DNA from: Halodesulfurarchaeum sp.
Lineage (GTDB): Archaea; Halobacteriota; Halobacteria; Halobacteriales; Halobacteriaceae
Direction: 5' to 3'
Length of the DNA stretch: 64,000 bases
Assembly: GCA_042216015.1 (NCBI GenBank)
Contig: JBDGUI010000007.1
Coordinates: 1,652 to 65,651, forward strand
The translations under genes were made by a program, and so were the position numbers. Below the pieces are notes generated by a model. The model had not been told where the DNA came from and did no database searches. It was given only the letters and a program-made list of their open reading frames with translations. Within the stretch, counting starts at the first letter, position 1. Each line of letters starts with the position of its first letter. Shown here in pieces: positions 1 to 7,233 of the stretch.

Positions 1-99
1 CTCTCGGTCACCCTTGTCCCGTGTCACCCCAGGCTCTCGGTCACCCCTGCCCCGTGTCACCCCAGGCTCTCGGTCACAGCTGTCCCCTGTTTCCCCAGC
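1..99. repeat. 33-bp tandem repeat (3 units, probably continues upstream of the window)
   Basis: Units ctctcggtcacccttgtcccgtgtcaccccagg (1-33), ctctcggtcacccctgccccgtgtcaccccagg (34-66) and ctctcggtcacagctgtcccctgtttccccagc (67-99), then a degenerate fourth; no spacers. Confidence 0.9.
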
Positions 100-204
100 C
101 TCCCGATCCTCCCAGTCTCCCGTTCATCCCTGCCTCCAGTTCGCCCCTCCCGCGCCCGTGGATACGAAGCTTCATGGGTGTGAAAGCGATAGAGCCAGGC
201 TGAT

Positions 205-1548
205 ATGGGTCTGTTCGATCGGTTACGCGGGGACGACGGTCCGCGCGTCGCGTTTCTGGGCATCGACGGCGTCCCGTGGTCGCTCATCGCGGACAATCCG
301 GAGCGGTTCCCGAACCTCACCACGCTCGCGGAGGAGGGTAGCGGCGGCCCGATCCGGAGCATCGTTCCGCCCGAATCGAGTGCCTGCTGGCCCGCGCTGA
401 CAACTGGAACGAATCCGGGGAAAACCGGTGTCTACGGGTTTCAGGACCGCGAAGTCGGCTCCTATGACACGTACGTTCCGATGGGCAACGACGTCCAGTC
501 CACACGGCTCTGGAGCTGGGTGAACGACGCTGGCCGGGACGCCACCGTCATGAACGTCCCCGTGACGTTCCCGCCCGATCGGGATCCCACGCGGATGGTC
601 TCCGGATTCCTCTCGCCCTCCGTCGAGAAGGCCGCCGTCCCCGAGTCCTTCGCCGCGGACCTCGAATCGATGGGCTACCGGATCGACGTGAACGCGAAAC
701 TGGGCCACGACGAGGACAAATCCGAGTTCGTCGCGGACGCCCACGCGACCCTCGACGCGAGATACGAGGCCTTCGAGAAATACCTCGGGAAGGAGGACTG
801 GGACCTCTTCTTCGGCGTCTTCATGACGACCGACCGGGTGAATCACTTCCTCTTCGAGCACTACGAGCGCGAGGGCGAGTACCACGAGGAGTTCCTCGAC
901 TTCTACGAGACCGTCGACGAGTACCTCGGCTCGATCCGCGACAGCCTCCCGCCGGACGCGACGATGGTCGTCGCGAGCGATCACGGCTTCACCACCCTCG
1001 ACTACGAGGTCCACCTGAACGCCTGGCTGGAGCAGGAGGGCTGGCTCTCCTATGCCACGGACGATCCGGAGGATCTGGCGGACATCGACGGCGAAACGAC
1101 CGCCTACTCGTTCATCCCGGGACGCTTCTACGTCAATCTCGAGGGGCGGGAACCCCGCGGCTCGGTCCCGGAATCCGAGTACGAGCAGGTACGGAGCGAA
1201 CTCGAGGCAGCCCTCGAATCCCTCACGGGTCCGGACGGTACCCCGGTGATCGACCGCGTCGTTCACAAGGAGGACGCCTTCGCCGGCCCACACGACGATA
1301 TCGGCCCGGACCTGGTCGCAATTCCGAACGACGGCTTCGACCTGAAGTCGGGCTTCTCCGGTCACGAGGCGGTGTTCGACACCGGGCCCCGCAACGGGAT
1401 GCACACCTTCGAGGAAGCCACGCTCCTGATCGACGCAGACATCGAGGTCCCGCCCGAAACCGATCTGCTCGACGTCACGCCGACGATTCTGGACCTCCTC
1501 GAAATCGAGTACGAGGCGAGTGATTTCGACGGCAGCAGCCTTGCGTGA
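205..1548 (+). CDS. Alkaline phosphatase superfamily protein (type I phosphodiesterase/nucleotide pyrophosphatase-like)
   Basis: LGIDG, PPESSACWPALTTG, TDRVNH, VVASDHGF and GMH metal-site motifs; acidic 447 aa. Confidence 0.85.
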   Translation: MGLFDRLRGDDGPRVAFLGIDGVPWSLIADNPERFPNLTTLAEEGSGGPIRSIVPPESSACWPALTTGTNPGKTGVYGFQDREVGSYDTYVPMGNDVQSTRLWSWVNDAGRDATVMNVPVTFPPDRDPTRMVSGFLSPSVEKAAVPESFAADLESMGYRIDVNAKLGHDEDKSEFVADAHATLDARYEAFEKYLGKEDWDLFFGVFMTTDRVNHFLFEHYEREGEYHEEFLDFYETVDEYLGSIRDSLPPDATMVVASDHGFTTLDYEVHLNAWLEQEGWLSYATDDPEDLADIDGETTAYSFIPGRFYVNLEGREPRGSVPESEYEQVRSELEAALESLTGPDGTPVIDRVVHKEDAFAGPHDDIGPDLVAIPNDGFDLKSGFSGHEAVFDTGPRNGMHTFEEATLLIDADIEVPPETDLLDVTPTILDLLEIEYEASDFDGSSLA

Positions 1549-1605
1549 GGGTCGTCCGGATCTGATCCCGAGTTTTATCAGTGAGGACGGGACCACTTCG
1601 CCGGG

Positions 1606-2055
1606 ATGCCCGAACGACGGACCCTCGACGACCGACTGTCGGCGCTTGAACGCCGTCTCGACGACCCCGCGGCCACCGAGGCGTCAGCCCCCGGCGGGAA
1701 CTCGACCGCGGTCGAGGAAACCGCCGAACCCGATGCCGCCCTCCGCTCGCGAGTCGAGGGCCTCGAGGCCGAACTCGACGAATTGCAGGCGGGACTCCAG
1801 GCACTCAGAGGCTACGTCGGCAACGTCGAGTACGTGAACGAGAGCGTGGAGCGCCGGGCGAACGCGGCGATCGCCGCCGTCGAACGCCTCGAATCCGCCC
1901 CGAAGACGCCTCCACCCATCGCGACCGCGACGCCCCCGAACCAACCCACCGTGGGGACCGCCACGAAGCAAGAGGGGGCAGCAGTCTCGGCCGAGGAAAC
2001 CGACCCCGACGCTGCAGACGACGGGATCCTCGACCGGCTCCGGGCGCTCCGATGA
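1606..2055 (+). CDS. Conserved hypothetical coiled-coil protein, first gene of pilus-like locus
   Basis: Heptad segment LRSRVEGLEAELDELQAGLQALRGY; TTTTATCA about 30 nt upstream; ATGA overlap with next gene. Confidence 0.75.
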   Translation: MPERRTLDDRLSALERRLDDPAATEASAPGGNSTAVEETAEPDAALRSRVEGLEAELDELQAGLQALRGYVGNVEYVNESVERRANAAIAAVERLESAPKTPPPIATATPPNQPTVGTATKQEGAAVSAEETDPDAADDGILDRLRALR

Positions 2056-2525
2056 GCGTCCGGCTGCTGCTCGCCGTCGTGCTCGCGGGTGCGCTCGTGG
2101 CCGCCTCCCTTCCGGCGATCGAGGCCGCCCAGCGCACACGGGCCGATTCCGAACTTTCGACGGCCGTCGACGAGATCGAGATCGCCACGTCGGCCATGGT
2201 GCGACACAGTGATCCGGTCCCCCCACACGTGCCCGGTGCAACCCGCCGGGTCAGGGTGGAGCCACCGGCACAGCCTGACGGGGCGGGTCTGACCATCGAA
2301 CCCGCTCCCGGTTCGGATTCACGCAACGGCAGTCTGCTGACGGTGATGATTCCCGGGGAGCCAGCCGAAAAAACCCTCCTCGCGCCGACGATCCGGCCCC
2401 TGGGACCGGAGGGGTCCGTCAGATGGAAGGAATCGGTCACCGTCAGCGAGCCAATCGAACTGATCTTCACCTACCGACGGGCGGACGGGACCCCTGTCAT
2501 CGAGGTGACCCGAGGGTTCAAATAG
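2052..2525 (+). CDS. Pilin-like membrane/secreted protein
   Basis: N-terminal hydrophobic helix followed by an amphipathic helix (ELSTAVDEIEIATSAM) and beta-rich C-terminus; directly upstream of the ATPase. Confidence 0.7.
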   Translation: MSVRLLLAVVLAGALVAASLPAIEAAQRTRADSELSTAVDEIEIATSAMVRHSDPVPPHVPGATRRVRVEPPAQPDGAGLTIEPAPGSDSRNGSLLTVMIPGEPAEKTLLAPTIRPLGPEGSVRWKESVTVSEPIELIFTYRRADGTPVIEVTRGFK

Positions 2526-2547
2526 GGCCACCGGGCCAGGGCGGGCC

Positions 2548-4383
2548 ATGTTTGGGGACACCGCGGCGACCGAGCCGGAGTGCGGGTGCCAGCCGACCGT
2601 GGACGACGGGTCACTCCGGGTCGACGCGTCCGACTGTCCGGGCGACGGGCGGCTCGCCGAGAGCGAGGCGTGTCGGCACACAGTGTGCGAGGCGTTCGAA
2701 TCGACGGCTGTTTCCCGACTGCTGGTCCACGCCGAGGGCGTCGACCGCGTCCACGGCGACGCGACGGTCGCCGCGCTCGCGGCCACCGCCGAGTTCGCCA
2801 CGCGGATCGCCGACCGGGACGGCCGACTGGCAACCGAAGCTCGCGAGGATCCGGTTCCGGCGGCGTCCGAGGCCCGCGGCCGAGCCGGCCTCGTCGGAAA
2901 TGTGGCCGATGCCACCGGCTTTGCGGATCTCGGGGCCTCATCGACGGATTCGGCGGCCCTGTTCGATCCGGTTCGGATCCCCTCGATCGCCGCCAGTCAC
3001 CTCGATACAAGGCCACCGGAGACCGCCACTCTGCGCACCTCCCGGGTGATCGATTCGGGGGCCACTGTTCGGATTTACGATCGGCCAGACGACCGCCCAG
3101 TCTACCAGCTCGAACCCCTCGAATACACGCTTGATGACGCGGCTCTCGAAACGCTCGCTGCGGCCAGATCCCAGCTCATCTCGACGGCCACAGGCTCGCC
3201 AACAGAGCATCGTGAGGCCGTCTCTGCCGTCGCTGGAGCGCAGTGCCCGGTCGATACGCTCACGCAGGTGCTCCGGAAGCATACCGCCGGGTATGGCGTC
3301 TTCGAGGACCTATTTAGCGACGAACTCGTCTCTGAGGTCTTCGTCAACGCGCCGGCCACGGAAAATCGGCTCTTCGTGCGGGTTCCGGGCGAGGAACTTC
3401 TCACTAACGTCAGACTCACCGGACGGGGAACAGACCGCCTTGCAGCGCGGCTCAGAACGGAGAGCGGCCGTGCCTTTTCCCACGCCGCACCGACGATCGA
3501 CGCCACGCTTTCCGATGTGGGCGGGGCCGAATCGATACGGGTGGCTGGCGTTCGAGAACCGGCGAGTGAGGGATACGCCTTCGCACTCAGGGCCGAGGGA
3601 ACCGACCGCTGGCGACTCGCCCGACTCGTCGGGAACGAAACCGTGAGCGCCAGTGCCGCGGGACTGCTCTCGACTGGAATGGCCCGCGGGGCGGCGATGC
3701 TCGTTGCCGGGCCACGCGGGGCCGGCAAGACGACGATGACCTCGGCACTCCTCTGGGAACTCGACCGAGAGACGCGGCTCTTGGCGATCGAGGACACACC
3801 CGAGCTGCCCGTTCGGGCCCTCCAGCTCGCCGGCCGTGACGCTCAGCGGCTCGAGGCCGCCGCAGATGCGGGCGCCGCTATCGACCCACCGACGGCGCTC
3901 CGAACGGCACTCCGGTTCGGCGATGGGGCCCTCGCGATCGGCGAGGTCCGTGGGGAGGAGGCGGCGGTCCTGTACGAGGCGATGCGGGTCGGCGCAGCCA
4001 GCGACACCGTCATCGGCACGATCCACGGCGAGGGCTACGACGGCGTGAAGGAGCGGGTCGTTGCCGATCTCGGGGTGCCCGAGTCCTCCTTTGCGGTCAC
4101 GGACCTCCTGGTCACGCTGGCACCAGCGGCCGACGGCAAGCGGGTCATCGCGATCGAGGAGGTGATGGAGGACGGAGCTGCTACCCTGTACGAGTTCGAC
4201 GGTACCCGACTCGAGCCGACACCCCGGCTCGCTCGTGGGAACAGTCGATTCGTGGCCTCGATCGCGCGGCCCGCGGAAACCTACGCGGACGTGATGGGGG
4301 CGATCGAGTCTCGGGCGTCCCAACTCGAACCGTGCCCGTTGCAGCGCGATCGGAACGCTGGGGAGGTTCCCGCAGATGTCTGA
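2548..4383 (+). CDS. Type II/IV secretion/pilus assembly ATPase (VirB11/TadA/PilB family)
   Basis: Walker A GPRGAGKTT, Asp box AIEDTPEL, Walker B LAIGEVRGEE, His box GTIHG. Confidence 0.92.
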   Translation: MFGDTAATEPECGCQPTVDDGSLRVDASDCPGDGRLAESEACRHTVCEAFESTAVSRLLVHAEGVDRVHGDATVAALAATAEFATRIADRDGRLATEAREDPVPAASEARGRAGLVGNVADATGFADLGASSTDSAALFDPVRIPSIAASHLDTRPPETATLRTSRVIDSGATVRIYDRPDDRPVYQLEPLEYTLDDAALETLAAARSQLISTATGSPTEHREAVSAVAGAQCPVDTLTQVLRKHTAGYGVFEDLFSDELVSEVFVNAPATENRLFVRVPGEELLTNVRLTGRGTDRLAARLRTESGRAFSHAAPTIDATLSDVGGAESIRVAGVREPASEGYAFALRAEGTDRWRLARLVGNETVSASAAGLLSTGMARGAAMLVAGPRGAGKTTMTSALLWELDRETRLLAIEDTPELPVRALQLAGRDAQRLEAAADAGAAIDPPTALRTALRFGDGALAIGEVRGEEAAVLYEAMRVGAASDTVIGTIHGEGYDGVKERVVADLGVPESSFAVTDLLVTLAPAADGKRVIAIEEVMEDGAATLYEFDGTRLEPTPRLARGNSRFVASIARPAETYADVMGAIESRASQLEPCPLQRDRNAGEVPADV

Positions 4384-5893
4384 TACACGTTTCGTGTCCA
4401 CAGCTCTTCGGTGGTTCAGGAACCAGCTCCACGTGGCGGCGCTGTGCCCCCGCGGGGCCGCGTGGCTGGCACAGTTTCGGCGGCGGAGAGCTGTCGGTAC
4501 GGGACCGGACCTGCTGGCGTTTGCGATCCTCCAGCTCACCCTCACGCCCTCTCTCGAGCGGGCTGCGGATTTCGCCACGGACGCCGTCGACGGGCGATTG
4601 AGCCGAACGCTTGTGGCTCATCGACTCGCGACGGTTTCCGGGGAGCGGGCCTTCAGCGCGTTCGCCACGGAGTGGGCCCAGTACGATCAATCACTGCAGC
4701 GAGCGGTCACCCTCATGGCCGTGGCCATGGACGCCCCGGAGCGACGACGCCGCGAAACGCTCGAATCGGCGCTCGACGCGGTGCTTGAGGGAGCCCGCGA
4801 GCGTGTCGTCGAGTTCTCGGCGGCGATCCGTGGGCCGGCGATGGGAATCTACGCGTTCGGGGTGATGCTCCCGCTCGCGCTGGTGGGGCTGCTTCCGGTC
4901 CTCGCCTCCTCCGGCGGAGGGGTTTCGACACTCGCACTCGGGATAATCTACGATCTGCTCATTCCGGTCGGGCTCATCGGGTGTGCGCTCTGGCTGTGGG
5001 GACGCCGCCCCGCCGTGACGGACACGGCCTTCGATGTCGGGCTCCTCGATAGAGCAAGATCGCCGGTATATACGTTTGGTGCCGGCGTTTTCGGGGCGGC
5101 TCTCGCCGGGCTTCCGGCACACCTCCTCGCTCCCGACTGGTCGATACCGATCGTCGCCATCGGAGTCGGGCTGGGGACCGCCCTCATCGTCGGATTGCAG
5201 CCAGTCCTCGAGGAAGTCGACCGCCTCGACCGGCTCGAGGCCCGGCTTCCCGACGCGCTCTCGATCGTCGGGCAGCGACTCGGTGAAGGCGAGCCTGTGG
5301 AAACCTCCATCGCGTCGGTCGCCGACCGCTTCGACGGCCCACTCGGCGACCTCTTTGTCCGGGCGAGAACCCGACAGGCCAGGTCCGGTGAACCGATGGA
5401 AGCCGTGTTTCTGGGTGTGGACGGCCTCCTGAACGACGTGCCGAGCCAGCGGGTCCGTGTAGGACTGTCCCTCACGATGACCGCCGGGGAATACGGTGGG
5501 TCAGGAGGGGAAACGCTGCACGCCGTCGGAACCTATCTCGCCGAACTCCTCGACGTCGAACGGGCGGCCAGACGGAACCTCTCACAGACCACGAGTACGC
5601 TCAGACAGACGGCGGTGGTGTTTGCTCCGGCCATCGCTGGCGTGACCGTGGCTCTCGCGACTGGAATGAAGGCGGTCGACGGGTCGGGACAGCCCCTCGA
5701 CGTGGCCGCGCTCGGCCAGGTGATCGGCATCTACGTCCTGCTTCTCGGGGCGGTGCTCCCCTCGCTCTCGGTCGTGCTCGCTCGCGGGTTCGATCCCGTC
5801 CGGATGGGCTTCCAGAGCGGCATCGCGCTCTTGGTGGGGGCCATCGTCTATCCGCTCTCCTTCGTCGCCGCACGCACGCTGGTGTACGTTTAA
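4376..5893 (+). CDS. Type II secretion F-domain / TadC(PilC)-like membrane platform protein
   Basis: Multiple TM segments and two cytoplasmic T2SSF-like domains (PSLERAADFA; EARLPDALSIVGQRLGEGEPVETSI); overlaps the ATPase stop. Confidence 0.85.
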   Translation: MSDTRFVSTALRWFRNQLHVAALCPRGAAWLAQFRRRRAVGTGPDLLAFAILQLTLTPSLERAADFATDAVDGRLSRTLVAHRLATVSGERAFSAFATEWAQYDQSLQRAVTLMAVAMDAPERRRRETLESALDAVLEGARERVVEFSAAIRGPAMGIYAFGVMLPLALVGLLPVLASSGGGVSTLALGIIYDLLIPVGLIGCALWLWGRRPAVTDTAFDVGLLDRARSPVYTFGAGVFGAALAGLPAHLLAPDWSIPIVAIGVGLGTALIVGLQPVLEEVDRLDRLEARLPDALSIVGQRLGEGEPVETSIASVADRFDGPLGDLFVRARTRQARSGEPMEAVFLGVDGLLNDVPSQRVRVGLSLTMTAGEYGGSGGETLHAVGTYLAELLDVERAARRNLSQTTSTLRQTAVVFAPAIAGVTVALATGMKAVDGSGQPLDVAALGQVIGIYVLLLGAVLPSLSVVLARGFDPVRMGFQSGIALLVGAIVYPLSFVAARTLVYV

Positions 5894-5919
5894 ATAGGAA
5901 CACCGGACCACGTCGGCCC

Positions 5920-6387
5920 ATGTTCGGAATGCCCGCCGAGACGACCTGGATATGGGTTGGCCTGACACTCGCATCGGCCGCGATGCTGGCCCTCGTTCTC
6001 GGGGTCCCGACCGCCGCGCCGAATGCGGAACGAGTCGCGACGGCTATCGAGGACGTGGCGGTCAGCGAGCATGGGGGGAAAGCGACGCTGGAACTGCGCG
6101 CCACCGAGATCCGGCTTGGACCGGATCGGATCGGCCTCCGGGGACCGGGCGGGAGCTCACATGCCGACATTCACTACGGAGCGGTCATCCCCGTGCCACC
6201 GGACTCGAAGCTCGAACGGGTACTCGAGGGACGTCCACCGGGGACGGTATTCGTGCGTCCGGCAACGTTCCAGCGGGCGGCAGCGGGGGCCCGACTTAGC
6301 CCCTCCGAATGGCGGGCTGCCGGTGATCGATTGACGATCAAACACGTCCACTATGGGGGGGTGAGCGGTGTTCTCGTCGGGGCGTAA
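5920..6387 (+). CDS. Pilin-like protein
   Basis: N-terminal TM helix (WIWVGLTLASAAMLALVLGV) followed by AERVATAIEDV helix; own TATA box TTTAAATA. Confidence 0.7.
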   Translation: MFGMPAETTWIWVGLTLASAAMLALVLGVPTAAPNAERVATAIEDVAVSEHGGKATLELRATEIRLGPDRIGLRGPGGSSHADIHYGAVIPVPPDSKLERVLEGRPPGTVFVRPATFQRAAAGARLSPSEWRAAGDRLTIKHVHYGGVSGVLVGA

Positions 6388-6739
6388 GGGGCAAGTGGAG
6401 CCCCTCCCTGCGCTGCTGGCCCTCGCGGTCTTCGCCATGGGACTCTCGCTTTACGCGGTCACGCTCGAGGGTGTCACGCTCGGGACCGGTCCCGAGGTGA
6501 GTGACGCGACGATGGATGTGACTTACGACACACTCTCTGAGGGGCCGGTGGTCGTTCCTGGGCGGCTACAGTCAAGGGCGGCGGATCTCCCGACCGGTGT
6601 GGTCGTCATCGTGCGGGCCGACGGGCAGACCTGGGTGCGGGGCACGTCACCGGAGAGGCCAGAGAAATCGCGGAGCCGGCACGTGCTCGTCAGGACCGAG
6701 TCGGGCGAGGTTCCCGGGATTCTCCGGGTGGAAGCATGA
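6368..6739 (+). CDS. Prepilin-like protein with class III signal peptide
   Basis: RKG/QVEPLPALLALAVFAMGLSLY matches the archaeal PibD-type cleavage pattern. Confidence 0.75.
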   Translation: MFSSGRKGQVEPLPALLALAVFAMGLSLYAVTLEGVTLGTGPEVSDATMDVTYDTLSEGPVVVPGRLQSRAADLPTGVVVIVRADGQTWVRGTSPERPEKSRSRHVLVRTESGEVPGILRVEA

Positions 6740-7233
6740 CCGCCGATCGAGGGATCAGCACGCCCATCGATGTGGTCCTCGGATTGCTCATGATCGGACT
6801 CGCGGCCGGCGTCGTGGTGATGGCCGTTCCAGCACCCGTCGAGACCCCGCCAGACGATGCGCGAGCGGCGATTCTGGGAAGCTCGATCGTGGTCGAATTC
6901 GATACCGACGCCGGCGACTGGACCGTGCGGGAGACCGTCGGCGGGTTGCTGGCCGACGCGGCCGTCGCCGGCTGGGGTGTGGAAACACCCCCCGAGCGGG
7001 CCTATCGACGCGCCACACGGACGGCGATAACCGACCACATCGAGACACACGGCGTGCATCTCCAGCTCGTCGGCGTCTGTCGGGGTGCAGAATCCATCGA
7101 TCCGCTCGTCGCCGGCCGGCCGCCGAAAGCGGATCGACCCGTTCGGGCGACCGTGTACGAACTTCCATCCACACAGTCCGGGGGCTCCAGTGGGTGTGAG
7201 CCGATCGTCGTGCTCCGACGGTGGTCGCCATGA
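6736..7233 (+). CDS. Prepilin-like protein with class III signal peptide
   Basis: DRG/ISTPIDVVLGLLMIGLAAGVVV; ATGA coupling at both ends. Confidence 0.75.
   Translation: MTADRGISTPIDVVLGLLMIGLAAGVVVMAVPAPVETPPDDARAAILGSSIVVEFDTDAGDWTVRETVGGLLADAAVAGWGVETPPERAYRRATRTAITDHIETHGVHLQLVGVCRGAESIDPLVAGRPPKADRPVRATVYELPSTQSGGSSGCEPIVVLRRWSP

Noticed and set aside
1..99. CRISPR array
   Set aside because: Units are contiguous with no unique spacers, and there are no cas genes in the window
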